Source: Planctomycetaceae bacterium
Lineage (GTDB): Bacteria; Planctomycetota; Planctomycetia; Planctomycetales; Planctomycetaceae
NCBI GenBank assembly: GCA_021732845.1
Contig: JAKFUF010000003.1
Span: forward strand, 1 to 64,000
Direction of reading: 5' to 3'
Length of the DNA: 64,000 nt
A program made the position numbers and the translations under genes. The notes beneath the pieces were generated by a model, which made no database searches, had not been told where the DNA came from, and saw only the letters and a program-made list of their open reading frames with translations. This document shows positions 1 through 9,704 of the stretch, piece after piece; the first letter of the stretch is position 1, and each line of letters starts with the position of its first letter.

Positions 1-39
1 CCACAAACTCGCACTTCAACCCTGTCCCAGGTAAGACCA

Positions 40-135
40 TCAACTGGAGAGCCGGATGCGGGAAATCCGCCAGTCCGGTTCGGAGGGAGGGGGGAGCCGA
101 AACCAATCGGCCCTCCCTACCCCTATCCTCGCCTG
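40..135. other. GC-rich nested stem-loops near window start (possible structured RNA or 3' end of an upstream element)
   Basis: CCGGATGCGGGAAATCCGCCAGTCCGG is a nested helix (CCGGA/TCCGG enclosing GCGG-GAAAT-CCGC). It is followed by AGGGAGGG...CCCTCCCT, an 8-bp stem around GCCG-AAACCAAT-CGGC. No convincing ORF and no match to an RNA family I can recognise. Confidence 0.2.
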
Positions 136-285
136 GGGCGAAGACCTAATCAGCCGGAGGCCGTTAGGCCCCGGTTTTGCCTTCGCGAACAAGCGCCGAT
201 CGCGCACGCTCGGGAACCGGACGCTAACGCGTTCCGGCTGATTGTTTGAGAAAATGGCCAGTTGTGTGAAAAAATTCCCGGGTCG

Positions 286-313
286 GATTGACATTCGATC
301 GCCCGCAAGTATC
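286..313 (+). promoter_or_regulatory. sigma70-like promoter candidate (TTGACA-16nt-TATCAT)
   Basis: TTGACA at 286-291 and TATCAT 16 nt downstream, in an AT-rich patch immediately upstream of the 354/416 ORF. Confidence 0.35.
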
Positions 314-415
314 ATGCAGTATTATGTAAATGGGTACACTGCGTGTTTGGTGATTGTTTTTAAGGGGTTTTTTGAGGGTTTTTCGGCAACGGGGAATCGC
401 GGGCGGGGAGGCGGT

Positions 416-1481
416 CATGGTGTCGGCGGGGGCGAATTGCGGTGGGGCGGGCGCGGCGCAGGGTGGTGGCGGTGAGGCGAGGGGGCCGCGGGATGAGCGG
501 TTTCTAAAATGGCGGGAGGGGCAGGAGTGGAGCTTGACGGAGGAGGAGCTGGTTGACGCCGTCGAGCGCGAGTTCGGCGAGCTGCCGTCCGTGGCCGACC
601 GGTTGGGCTTTCCGCTGAGTTACATCCTGGAGCGGGTCGCCAAATCACCCTGGGCGCTGCAAGCCGTGGCTCAGGCCGCGGAGAACGAGGCACCGTACGC
701 CCGCCGGCATTTTCGCCAGTCGCTGCATGCTGGCCGGTATTGGGCGGTCAGCATGAAGATGCGCGCCATGTACCGCGAAGAACAGGAGCTGCGCCAGCAA
801 CAGCGGGATGAACTGCAGTGGCAGCGGAAGCTGGAATACGCCCGGCTCAAGGCGGCGCTCTTCGGGAAGCCGGCCGTGGGCCAGCCTGCGGCCGAAGCCA
901 CGGTTCAACCCGTGGCGGTGGCTCAGGCAACTTCCGTGGCTCCGCCCGTTCTCGAGCCGATGGAAGTGCCGACCCCCGCTGGTCAGGACGCGATGCCACG
1001 GGGAGCCACGGCTGTGGATGGGGATCCGGCCGGCGTGTCGTCCGCAGCCACAGTGTCCACCCTCTTGGAAAGCGTGGCTTTGGAACTGCTGCCTGAGATG
1101 CGGGAGATGCCTGAGATGCCCGTGGAGGAGTTTACGCCCGAGCAGCAGGCCCAGCGGGAGCAGATTCTGGACCACAAATGGCGGCGGGGGGCACAGCGGG
1201 AATCGTATCATGCGAGCCAGCAACTGCTAGAGGGTGGCTCACCCGTGAACCAGTCCCGCGATGCCGGCTACCTGTCGCCAACGGCGAAGAAGCAACTCGA
1301 ACGGGTCGGACGTAAGCCCGAGCGCCCACCTGATCCCCTCCCCGGCGACGCCTACCGCCGGCGCTTCGCCGCAGACGAGCCAGAGCAGTTGGACGAAGCG
1401 GACCAGGCGGACCTCAGCGCCCACCGTCATGTTGATCTGGGAAACGAGCAGTCAACGGATGACCGTGAACGGCTTGAATGA
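416..1481 (+). CDS. hypothetical protein (Glu/Gln/Arg-rich, acidic C-terminus); start uncertain (354 or 416)
   Basis: Long ORF with strong GC3 bias in frame (gag ctg gtt gac gcc gtc gag cgc ...). No recognisable domain. Confidence 0.5.
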
Positions 1482-1568
1482 ATGATGTTGAAAGTAAGCC
1501 ACGGGTGTGAATGGAAATTTGTGGACAGCGCGCACACCATCGGCCAGCGCGCACACCATAGGCCAGCG

Positions 1569-1727
1569 CCCACCCTTCAGTCCGTGTCCACCCTTCAGTC
1601 CGTGTCCACCCTTCAGTCCGTGTCCACCCTTCAGTCCGTGTCCACCCTTCGGTCTGTGTCCACCCTTCAGTCCGTGTCCACCCTTCAGTCTGTGTCCACC
1701 TTTCGGTCTGTGTCCACCTTTCCACAC
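1569..1727. repeat. tandem 18-bp minisatellite (CCACCCTTCAGTCCGTGT x about 9, slightly degenerate)
   Basis: Direct head-to-tail copies visible in sequence, with variants CGGTCTGTG and CCTTTC toward the 3' end. An adjacent 19-bp duplication GCGCACACCATMGGCCAGC x2 lies at 1529-1566. Confidence 0.85.
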
Positions 1728-1918
1728 TGGTGCGGCCGGAGTCGACTGTGGCTCGCGGCTATGGAGGACCCAGCCCCGCAGCCATCCCGCCGCGTCGAAC
1801 TGTTGGCAACGGATCGGGGGACGTATGAAAGAAAGAAAACCAGTTCAAGCACCACGCTCCGTTCACCGCTCTCTGTCGCGGCAGGGCGCGAGCCCTCGGG
1901 TGATGGTCCAGGCGAAGC

Positions 1919-2323
1919 GGTGGAAACCAATCACCGGACGGCTTGCGCCGTTCCGCTTCAACGACGGGTGGCATCAGCGCCCACGGTTCACCGCGGCTCA
2001 GGAAGCCAATCACCGGACGGCTTGCGCCGTTCCGCTTCAACGACGGGTGGCATCAGCGCCCACGGTTCACCGCGGCTCAGTGGAAACCAATCACCGGACG
2101 GCTTGCGCCGTTCCGCTTCAACGACTGGTGGCATCAGCGCCCACGGTTCACCGCGGCTCAGTGGAAACCAATCACCGGACGGCTTGCGCCGTTCCGCTTC
2201 AACGACTGGTGGCATCAGCGCCCACGGTTCACCGCGGCTCAGGAAACCAATCACCGGACGGCTTGCGCCGTTCCGCTTCAACGACGGGTGGCATCAGCGC
2301 CCACGGTTCACCGCGGCTCAGCA
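1919..2323. repeat. tandem array of 5 copies of a ~80-81-bp unit (GGAAACCAATCACCGGACGGCTTGCGCCGTTCCGCTTCAACGACKGGTGGCATCAGCGCCCACGGTTCACCGCGGCTCAG)
   Basis: Five contiguous near-identical units (G/T polymorphism at one position). The unit length is not a constant multiple of 3, so the overlapping ORFs change frame between units. Each unit contains a hairpin GGACGGC-TTGC-GCCGTTCC. There are no spacers. Confidence 0.9.
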
Positions 2324-2461
2324 GGAGCTTCGCCCTCCCGCCACGTCGCCCTGCTGATCGGCTGCCGTGGGTTTTCGAGGCGCGGCCGGAGTCGGCGGGT
2401 GTGGCACTGGGGCACTGTGGCGTGTTGTGTGCCAGTGTCTCACGAAATTTCTTCCACTTGC

Positions 2462-2489
2462 ACAAGCCCATGGCAAGTGTAAAATGACC
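2462..2489 (+). promoter_or_regulatory. sigma70-like promoter candidate (TTGCAC-16nt-TAAAAT)
   Basis: TTGCACaagcccatggcaagtgTAAAAT downstream of the repeat arrays. It would give a long leader to the SPFH gene or an unannotated small transcript. Confidence 0.3.
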
Positions 2490-2921
2490 CGTCGTGTAGC
2501 CTAGTCTTGCGATCTTGCAGGAACGGGGGAACCAGCGGAACGCGTCATCAATTGTCTGACGACTTTTGGGGCGATGTTCCTGGGGCGCAGATCCGACATT
2601 CATCGGATCGGAGTACTTTCAAGCTCTAGCCCGTCAGCTAACCTCGGCGGCAGATTCGGATGCGTCGTCCGAATTCCATTTGAAAGGGCACTCCCGTTTT
2701 CCTCTGGCTGGGGCCAGTGGCGACGAAGAGCCCGCAATCCATGCGCGTTGCCCGTCGTTCACAATCAGAGTGTCCCAGTGCTGCAAGAGCACGCTGAGGA
2801 TCTCGAGTTTCAACAAGGTCGCGCTGTGGGCATCTGCCCGCCAGCGGCCCATGGTTGAGCTGCGACTTTCAGCGACTTTCCATGCGCGGGGGCATGCCGG
2901 GCAGGCCGGAGGTTTCGCTCC

Positions 2922-5126
2922 ATGTCTTTGTTATTGGCCCAATCCACGTTCACGCCGTCGTCGCCCAGTGGACTACTGGCCGTGGTGGTCGTCGTCGCGC
3001 TGCTGGTGTTCGCGGCACTGTTCGTCACCTGGATGTCGCTGCGGTACATCCCCAACAACGCCGTGGGAGTGATCGAGAAACTCTGGTCATCGACCGGGTC
3101 GGTCCCCGAAGGCCGAATCATCGCGCTGCACGGGGAAGCGGGGTTCCAGGCGGAACTCCTGCGGGGCGGAGTCCATTGGGGGCTGTGGCGCTGGCAGTAC
3201 CGCGTCCACGCCGCCCGGCTGGTCACCATTCCGCAGGGGAAGATCGGCTATGTCTATGCCCGCGACGGCGAGCCGCTGCCGCCCACCCAGACACTCTCCC
3301 GCACGGTGCCCTGCAACAACTTTCAGGATGCCCGCGCCTTTCTGGGCAATGGACAGACTGAAGGGAGCGGCCAGCGCGGGCGGCAGCGCGTGATCCTGCG
3401 CGAAGGCGTGTATGCCATCAACCCCGCGTTGTTTGTCGTGATCACCGAGGATGCGATCTTTGCGCTCCGCGGCGTGCAGGATTCGCAGGAGGCTGCCGCG
3501 GCGCGGAGTTGGCAGGCTGACCTGGCCGAGGTCGGCGGCTTTCGGCCGGCACTCGTCGGCGGACAAGTCGAATCCCATGACCCGCTGAACCTCGACAAGC
3601 ACGCCACCACCGACAGCATCGCCATTGTCACGATCCACGATGGGCCGTCGCTGCTGCCGGGGGAGATCATCGCTCCCGCCGTCGGGACGCATCCGGACGA
3701 TCTGCACTATCACAACAACTACCAGGACATCGAGGCCTTCCTCAGCGGCGGTGGCTCCCGCGGCCGGCAGCATCAGCCCCTGACTGACGGCACGTATTTT
3801 CTCAACCGCTGGTTCGCGACGACCGAGACCATCCCCAAGACGACCGTCCCCATCGGCCATGTGGGCGTCGTCGTCAGTTACGTCGGCCGGCGCGGGCGCG
3901 ACCTCTCGGGCGAGGCGTTTCGCCACGGCGAGCGCGTGGCCGAGGGGGAGCGCGGCGTCTGGGAACGTCCGCTGGGGCCGGGCAAGTACGCGTTCAACAC
4001 CTATGCCGGCAACATCATCATCGTCCCCACCACGAACTTCGTGCTGCACTGGATCACCGGCCGGTCGGAGTCCCACCGCTTCGACGAAAGCCTGAAGTCG
4101 ATCGAGCTGGTCACGAAAGACGCCTACGAACCCCGCCTGCCGTTGTCTGTCGTCGTGCACATCGACTATCAGCGCGCGCCGAATGTCATCCAGCGGTTCG
4201 GCGACGTGAAACGGCTGATCACACAGACCCTCGACCCGATGCTCTCGGCCTACTTCCGCGACATCGCCCACAAGAAGACGATGCTGGAGCTGCTGCATGA
4301 CCGCGACCTGATTCAAGACGAGGCCCGGCAGGAGCTGCGCCGCAAGTTCCGCGAGTTCGACATCGAATGCGTGGACGTGCTGATTGGCAAGCCGGACACC
4401 GATGAGAAGGATGGCAAGATCGAAACGCTGCTGGAACAGCTTCGCCTGCGGCAGCTTTCGATTGAGCAACTGGAGACTTATGAACGGCAGCAGGCCGCCG
4501 CCAACAAGCAGCGGATGTACAACGACGCCCATGCGCAGGCCTCCATGCAGACGCAACTGACCAACGCCCGCGTGCTGGCCCAGATTGCCGAAAGCGAAGG
4601 CGAGGCCGAACTGGCCCGGGCCCGCAAAAGCGCGGAGAAGCGCGTGGTGCTGGCCGAGGCTGACCTGGCACAGGGCCGGCTCCAGGCCGAGCAGGTGTTC
4701 GTGCTGGCGGAGGCGGAGAAGCAGCAGAAGATCAAGCACGGCGAAGGTGACGCCCAGCGCGTGCTGCAGGTGGGTCTGTCGGAGGCCACCGTGCAGCTCC
4801 AGAAAATTGCCTCGTTCGGAGATCCACGGCTCTTCGCCCTGACGATGGCCGCCCGCAGTCTGGCGGCGAGCACGCAGCCGCTTGTTCCAGAACGGGTGTT
4901 TGTTGCCGGCGGCACCGCGACGGCAGAGGCATCGCAGACCCAGGGTATGCTGGGCCTGCTGCTGAACCTGCTGGTGGCTGAGAAGTCCGGCTTTGCTTCG
5001 TCGGATTCCCCGGAGCTGTCGGTCTTGAAGGAACTGGCCGGACGGTTGACCCAGAGCGCGGTCTCGACGCTCGCGCGCGAGGATGCCTCCGGAGATCGGG
5101 TGGAATCGACCGGCACACCAGCATGA
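2922..5126 (+). CDS. SPFH/band-7 domain protein, flotillin/YqiK-like, with long Glu/Ala/Gln-rich coiled-coil C-terminus
   Basis: N-terminal TM helix followed by YIPNNAVGVIEKLW (classic SPFH start), then a long EA/Q-rich coiled-coil tail. Confidence 0.8.
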   Translation: MSLLLAQSTFTPSSPSGLLAVVVVVALLVFAALFVTWMSLRYIPNNAVGVIEKLWSSTGSVPEGRIIALHGEAGFQAELLRGGVHWGLWRWQYRVHAARLVTIPQGKIGYVYARDGEPLPPTQTLSRTVPCNNFQDARAFLGNGQTEGSGQRGRQRVILREGVYAINPALFVVITEDAIFALRGVQDSQEAAAARSWQADLAEVGGFRPALVGGQVESHDPLNLDKHATTDSIAIVTIHDGPSLLPGEIIAPAVGTHPDDLHYHNNYQDIEAFLSGGGSRGRQHQPLTDGTYFLNRWFATTETIPKTTVPIGHVGVVVSYVGRRGRDLSGEAFRHGERVAEGERGVWERPLGPGKYAFNTYAGNIIIVPTTNFVLHWITGRSESHRFDESLKSIELVTKDAYEPRLPLSVVVHIDYQRAPNVIQRFGDVKRLITQTLDPMLSAYFRDIAHKKTMLELLHDRDLIQDEARQELRRKFREFDIECVDVLIGKPDTDEKDGKIETLLEQLRLRQLSIEQLETYERQQAAANKQRMYNDAHAQASMQTQLTNARVLAQIAESEGEAELARARKSAEKRVVLAEADLAQGRLQAEQVFVLAEAEKQQKIKHGEGDAQRVLQVGLSEATVQLQKIASFGDPRLFALTMAARSLAASTQPLVPERVFVAGGTATAEASQTQGMLGLLLNLLVAEKSGFASSDSPELSVLKELAGRLTQSAVSTLAREDASGDRVESTGTPA

Positions 5127-5171
5127 GTCCGGTCACTTGGAGACGAGCAGGGTGTCATGGACGCGAGCGGA

Positions 5172-6455
5172 TCAGCGCACGCGGCAGGTGTAGCACTTCA
5201 AGTATTCCGTCTCGCGACAGACGACGGAGGTAGGGTGGTCGGGGGCGGCACCGCGGGAGGAGAGGATTTGCAGATCGCGGTTGGTGGTGCGGGCGACTTC
5301 GGCCAGCATTTCTTCGAACTGCAGGCGGTCGACGTTGCCCGTGCAACTGCAGGTGACCAGAATCCCGTCGGGGGCCAGGCATTGGACGGCCAGTTGGTTC
5401 AGGCCGTGGTAGCCACGCAGGGCTTCGGGGACACCCTTGGCGTGCCGCGCGAGTTTGGGAGGGTCGAGAATCAAGAGGTCAAACCGCTCGCCGCGGTCGC
5501 GGATGACTTCCAGGGCCTTGAAGGCGTCGGACTTCACGAATTCCATTTTGTCCCGCAGCCCGTTCCGTTCGGCATTGGCTTCGGCCAGAGCCAGAGCCGT
5601 TGACGAGGAATCGATGGCAACCACCTGCCGGGCACCCGCGCGGGCGGCGTTCAAGGAAAAACCACCGGAGTAGCAGCAGACATCCAGCACGCGGGCTCCG
5701 GCGGCGAAGGTGGCGACGGAGGCGCGATTCTCCCGCTGGTCGAGAAAGAAACCGGTTTTCTGCCCTTCAACGACATCCACGCCATACTTCAGGCCGTGTT
5801 CGTCGATGACAATCGGCCGGGGTGGCGTGCCACCTTCCAGCGGACCATCGGCGATCTCAAGCCCTTCGGCATTGCGAATCCCCTTTTCGGTGCGGAGCCA
5901 CATGCCGGCTGGCTGCCACTGTTCCCGCAGTGCGGCCAGCAGGCTGTCTTTACGTTGGGCCAGGGCCAAGCTGGTGAACTGCACGAGGAGCCAGTCGGCA
6001 TAGCGGTCGACAATCAACCCCGAGAGGCCATCAGCCTCACTGAAGACCAGGCGGCAGGCACCGTCGGCGGCGTCCAGCTTCAATGTCCGTCGCAGCTTGA
6101 GAGCCGCCGCGATCCGGTCGGCGAAGTAGACCTCATCCAGACGCGTGGGTTCGTCCCAGGAATAGAGCCGGACATGAATATTGCTGTTGGAGTTGTACAG
6201 GCCGCGGCCCACGAACTCGCCGCGGTCCGTGACCAGCACCACCTCATCCCCATCGCGTGGCTCACCCTCCACCCGCTGGATGGCACCCGAAAACACCCAC
6301 GGATGCCTCCCGAAAAACGGCTGGGCGCGGCGCGGTCGCAGCACGACCTGGGGAATGTCAGTTCTTGAAGCGGGAGTGTCGATGTTCGGATCCTGTTCGC
6401 CACCAGCTTGGGATTGAAAGCGTGCCGCATTGTAGCAGCCGTTCCAGCTCCGCAA
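5172..6455 (-). CDS. rlmI: 23S rRNA (cytosine1962-C5)-methyltransferase RlmI family (PUA + class I SAM MTase)
   Basis: HPWVFSGAI N-terminus; VLDVCCYSGGFSLNAA SAM motif; LDPPKLA catalytic motif. True start probably internal to the ORF. Confidence 0.85.
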   Translation of the reverse strand: MRSWNGCYNAARFQSQAGGEQDPNIDTPASRTDIPQVVLRPRRAQPFFGRHPWVFSGAIQRVEGEPRDGDEVVLVTDRGEFVGRGLYNSNSNIHVRLYSWDEPTRLDEVYFADRIAAALKLRRTLKLDAADGACRLVFSEADGLSGLIVDRYADWLLVQFTSLALAQRKDSLLAALREQWQPAGMWLRTEKGIRNAEGLEIADGPLEGGTPPRPIVIDEHGLKYGVDVVEGQKTGFFLDQRENRASVATFAAGARVLDVCCYSGGFSLNAARAGARQVVAIDSSSTALALAEANAERNGLRDKMEFVKSDAFKALEVIRDRGERFDLLILDPPKLARHAKGVPEALRGYHGLNQLAVQCLAPDGILVTCSCTGNVDRLQFEEMLAEVARTTNRDLQILSSRGAAPDHPTSVVCRETEYLKCYTCRVR

Positions 6456-6494
6456 CGCAGTCTGATGCAGTGGGGCCTTACCATCTCCCGCGGC

Positions 6495-8519
6495 TCAGGA
6501 CTTGGCGGGAGCCGGCTTGATCAACCGCGTCCCCTTGCCGTGTCGAGCCTTGAGGTCAAACAGCCCAAAGATCTCGGACGCGTTCATGCCCAACGATTCC
6601 GTCGTGGCTTCACCGCAGCCGAGAATCGAGCGGAACAACTCCCGCTTTTCGTTGAGCACTCGGTCGATGCGCTCTTCGATCGTGTCCTTGGAGATGAACT
6701 TGGTGACGATCACCTGGCTCTTTTGACCGATGCGATGAGCCCGGTTGATCGCCTGGTCTTCGATGGCCGGGTTCCACCAGCGGTCGTACAGGAACACATA
6801 CCCAGCGAATTGCAGGTTCAGCCCCACAGCTCCTGTCGCGTAGCTCATCAGGATGATGTGTTTTGAAGGGTCCTGCTTGAACTGGGCCAGAATCGGTTCG
6901 CGCTTCGGCGTGGGAATCTTGCCGTGGTACACCAGCGGATTGAAACGCTGGAGTTTCTCCACCAGCCAGTCAATCGTCTTCGTCCACTGGCTGAACAGAA
7001 TCGCCTTGCCTCCAGAGGCGGCGACCTCTTCCATGTCGGCTTCGAGACGTTCGAACTTCGCGCTGTCGCCGGTCAATGGGTCGTAGTTGGCAATCTGCTT
7101 GAGCCGCATGACGAGTTCAAACACGTGTTGAATCGTGATCGAATCGCCCATCTCGTTGAGGTGGATTACGCCTTCCTTCTCGGCGGTTTCGTAGGCGAGC
7201 CGCTGGGCGGGGGTGAGGTCGAGTACCGCGTCGCGGTCCAACCGCGGCGGCATGTCTGTCATCACCAGGTCTTTGGTGCGCCGTAGGATGTAATCTTTGG
7301 CCAACGACTGCAGTTGCTTGAGATCGGGAGTGCCGCCGGGCGGGATGATCTCCATGAACTCGTAGAGCGATGCCAGTTCTTCGGGGCGGTTTTCGATTGG
7401 CGTGCCGGTCAGGGCCCAGGTGCGGCGGCGGGGGATCTTGCGGGCGTTGACCGCGGTGCATGAGCCACGGTTCTTGACGCGCTGGGCTTCATCGAGCGTG
7501 ACAAGATCGAACTGCGGAGGGTTCTCGCCGAACGCCTCCATGTCGCGGACCATCAGCTCATAATTCACCAGCAGGATGTTGCTCCCAGGCAGATTCCACA
7601 ACATCTGCCGCCGCTGTGTGTCCCCCTCAATGGTGGTCAGCGGCAATTCCTCCGCCCAGGTTTTGAACTCACGCTGCCAGTTGGGGATCAGTGGCTTGGG
7701 ACAAACGAGCAGGATCCGCTGCGCTTGACCGCTGCGCAACAGCAGCCGCATGGCGGTGATCGTCTGCATCGTCTTCCCGAGGCCCATCTCGTCGGCCAGC
7801 AGCGCGGCCTTCTGGGCGAACAGCCAGGCAATCCCTTCGTACTGATATTGAAAGGGCTCGAAGGGCATGACCATCTCCTGCCCTTTGAGCCACGTTTCGA
7901 GCGGTGGCTGGAGCAGGAAGAACAGGCGGTCTTCGAGGGAAATGGCGTCGGCCGGGGGTTTGATCCGCGTGGCCTTGGGCGGCGTGCCTTCGGGGACGGG
8001 CACAATTTCAGCCGTCGCGTCGGCATCTTCCGCCGTCAGTGGCTGCGCAGGATCTTTAACCTTCTCCGGCTTCTTCTTCGGTTTTTCCGGTTTGGGAGGG
8101 AGAAACTCCAACCCTTGCGGAAAGCAAATCTTGACCGTCTTCACGCTCGGCCACTGCGGCCGCCAGCGGACCGGCGGCGGGATGATGGGAGCCCCCACGG
8201 GCAGCGGAATGACTTTGACTTTGGGAATCCGCGTCAACGCACCATTCAGACCCGAGGAATGGATCTGCACTCCGGGTATGCCATCCGTCTCGCTGGCGGG
8301 AGAAATTTCCGCGATTGGCTCGGCGGACTCCACCAGCGAAGGGTCGATGTGCGGCGTTGGCGGTTCGATCTCGGCCGTGTCCAGCCGATATTTTGCACCT
8401 GCCGTCGATTCCACAGGCGCGGAGTCAGCCGTGGCTTCGTTCTCAGATTGGGAAATTGTCTCCGGCGGGGGCGGGGCTTTGGTCGTTGAAAACAGTCCGG
8501 AGAAGACCGAAGGGATCAA
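6495..8519 (-). CDS. SNF2/RAD54-family helicase (DEXH ATPase + helicase C) with ~200-aa Pro-rich disordered N-terminus
   Basis: [14 protein letters not shown] (Walker A/motif I); [13 protein letters not shown] (motif II); LTGTPIENR; C-terminal [12 protein letters not shown] (motif VI). Confidence 0.9.
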   Translation of the reverse strand: MIPSVFSGLFSTTKAPPPPETISQSENEATADSAPVESTAGAKYRLDTAEIEPPTPHIDPSLVESAEPIAEISPASETDGIPGVQIHSSGLNGALTRIPKVKVIPLPVGAPIIPPPVRWRPQWPSVKTVKICFPQGLEFLPPKPEKPKKKPEKVKDPAQPLTAEDADATAEIVPVPEGTPPKATRIKPPADAISLEDRLFFLLQPPLETWLKGQEMVMPFEPFQYQYEGIAWLFAQKAALLADEMGLGKTMQTITAMRLLLRSGQAQRILLVCPKPLIPNWQREFKTWAEELPLTTIEGDTQRRQMLWNLPGSNILLVNYELMVRDMEAFGENPPQFDLVTLDEAQRVKNRGSCTAVNARKIPRRRTWALTGTPIENRPEELASLYEFMEIIPPGGTPDLKQLQSLAKDYILRRTKDLVMTDMPPRLDRDAVLDLTPAQRLAYETAEKEGVIHLNEMGDSITIQHVFELVMRLKQIANYDPLTGDSAKFERLEADMEEVAASGGKAILFSQWTKTIDWLVEKLQRFNPLVYHGKIPTPKREPILAQFKQDPSKHIILMSYATGAVGLNLQFAGYVFLYDRWWNPAIEDQAINRAHRIGQKSQVIVTKFISKDTIEERIDRVLNEKRELFRSILGCGEATTESLGMNASEIFGLFDLKARHGKGTRLIKPAPAKS

Positions 8520-9061
8520 CGCAGGCCTCCCACCTTGAGGGCTTCCTGGAGGGCTTCCCGAACGCGTACAAAGGGTTCCGACAGATCGGCATCGTCAGGA
8601 AAGCGCGCGGACTCCACGGAAATCTTCTCGACATCTTCCGCATGCGCGGCATGAAACCGCAGCATCTGCCGACCAAGCCGCAACTCGCCCGTTGCCGCCA
8701 CCGCTTGGACCCGCTTTTTGCCCGGTTCCGAGCCGTCCGCCTGCACAAAGGCAACGGGGGAATTGACATGCGCCCGCAGTTCCAGGATCTGTTCTTGGTC
8801 GGTCAGCACCAGGTGGGGCTTGATCCCCGCCTTGTCGACCAGAGCCCCGCCGATCAGCTCGCCCAGGATGAACGGACCGAGGGTCGGCCCGTAGAGGATC
8901 TCCTGTGTCGGGTTCGCCTTCACCGGCAGCGTACACTGAAACTCCAGCGGCCGCCCGTGGTGCGTCGTCACCAGCAACCCGCCCACATAACCCTTTTCGG
9001 GAACTTCGATTGCCGTCAAAAAGCCGAGGCGGAACGGTTCCTGTTTCGTTGGAGCAGACAT
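8516..9061 (-). CDS. hypothetical protein, 4-nt ATGA overlap with downstream SNF2 helicase gene
   Basis: 181-aa ORF with normal GC3 bias. Its stop overlaps the SNF2 start (8516-8519). No recognisable domain. Confidence 0.6.
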   Translation of the reverse strand: MSAPTKQEPFRLGFLTAIEVPEKGYVGGLLVTTHHGRPLEFQCTLPVKANPTQEILYGPTLGPFILGELIGGALVDKAGIKPHLVLTDQEQILELRAHVNSPVAFVQADGSEPGKKRVQAVAATGELRLGRQMLRFHAAHAEDVEKISVESARFPDDADLSEPFVRVREALQEALKVGGLR

Positions 9062-9175
9062 ACTTCATTGGATCGTCCAGCCACCGAAGCGACTTGAAAG
9101 CTGTTCGGAGATTGCGGGCAATGGCGATTGTTCGGAAAATGTAGTCAAATTTTAAGCCCAGCAAATATTCACATT

Positions 9176-9203
9176 GAAGACTATTCCTTCAGAGCTATAA
9201 TTT
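9176..9203 (+). promoter_or_regulatory. strong sigma70-like promoter (TTGAAG-16nt-TATAAT)
   Basis: Consensus -10 TATAAT with a -35-like TTGAAG in an AT-rich divergent intergenic region. GGAAGG RBS precedes the ATG at 9227. Confidence 0.5.
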
Positions 9204-9226
9204 GGCTGACCTGTGGAAGGTTGACG

Positions 9227-9619
9227 ATGCTCAACAAACGTGAACGATTGGCAATTTTCTACGAACGCTTGGAATCGGCCTCCGTGGTCTCAACTGCGGA
9301 GGCTGCTCTTGAACTTGTGAATTTGGCGCTTGTTTCAGTTGAAGACGAATTCAGTGGCGAACCGAATGAGCCGGACCGATGGCAGGAACTTGACCGGATG
9401 TTCCCGCCGCAGGCGGATTCAATTTCGACTGTGTCGGATGGAATCAAGATCTGCCGCAGCCGTCGGCATCGAACCTATCTGGCACAGAATGGCGCCATCG
9501 AGATTCGTTCCCTTGTTCTTGACCCGCAAGGACAACCGGAAGTGTATTTTAAGAAGGCTGTTGCTGATGGTCGGTTTGTCTGTGACGTTTGTCCTCGCTT
9601 GAAAAATGCGAATCGTTAA
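9227..9619 (+). CDS. hypothetical small protein (130 aa) in AT-rich islet
   Basis: ORF with RBS; local GC about 50% versus about 63% for flanking genes. No recognisable domain. Confidence 0.5.
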   Translation: MLNKRERLAIFYERLESASVVSTAEAALELVNLALVSVEDEFSGEPNEPDRWQELDRMFPPQADSISTVSDGIKICRSRRHRTYLAQNGAIEIRSLVLDPQGQPEVYFKKAVADGRFVCDVCPRLKNANR

Positions 9620-9704
9620 GGTCGTTTTGCGCCACCGTAGTCATCCGCTCTAACCCAGAGCGGCCCCATCACAAGCAAGAAGGGGCCAGAAAAAAGGATG
9701 TGCC

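Noticed and set aside
56-418. Small ORFs at the left edge (40-315 minus, 56-241 plus, 224-418 minus).
   Set aside because: No coding bias or motifs. The region is better explained as structured/noncoding plus promoter.
1919-2323. Considered whether the 80-bp direct repeats form a CRISPR array.
   Set aside because: Units are contiguous with no unique spacers, and the unit length (~80 bp) far exceeds CRISPR repeats. No cas genes are nearby.
1507-2487. 326-aa and 291-aa ORFs running through the tandem repeats (PFSPCP... and VETNHRTACAVPLQR... repeats).
   Set aside because: The translations simply mirror the DNA repeats and change frame between units (80/81-bp unit). There is no start context and no domain. 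I treat this as a noncoding repeat.
2566-3072. 168-aa ORF (and the 2574-2858 ORF) upstream of and overlapping the SPFH start, considered as a possible NfeD-like partner.
   Set aside because: No TM or NfeD motifs, a weak GC3 signal, and it overlaps the SPFH N-terminus. Treated as 5' leader.
3087-4739. 550-aa ORF antisense to the SPFH gene. Similar long antisense ORFs include 15201-16571 vs atpA, 21218-22861 vs ALDH, 31069-32826 vs PSD1, 35513-37393 and 37394-38527 vs the heme protein, 41352-42482 vs aminoacylase, 47870-48871 and 49055-50275 vs PBP2, 54009-55127 vs mreB, and 62766-63497 vs Kef.
   Set aside because: This is the typical high-GC artefact: stop codons are rare on the antisense strand. 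The sense-strand genes carry clear family motifs; the antisense translations are Arg/Ala/Gly-rich low-complexity with no motifs.
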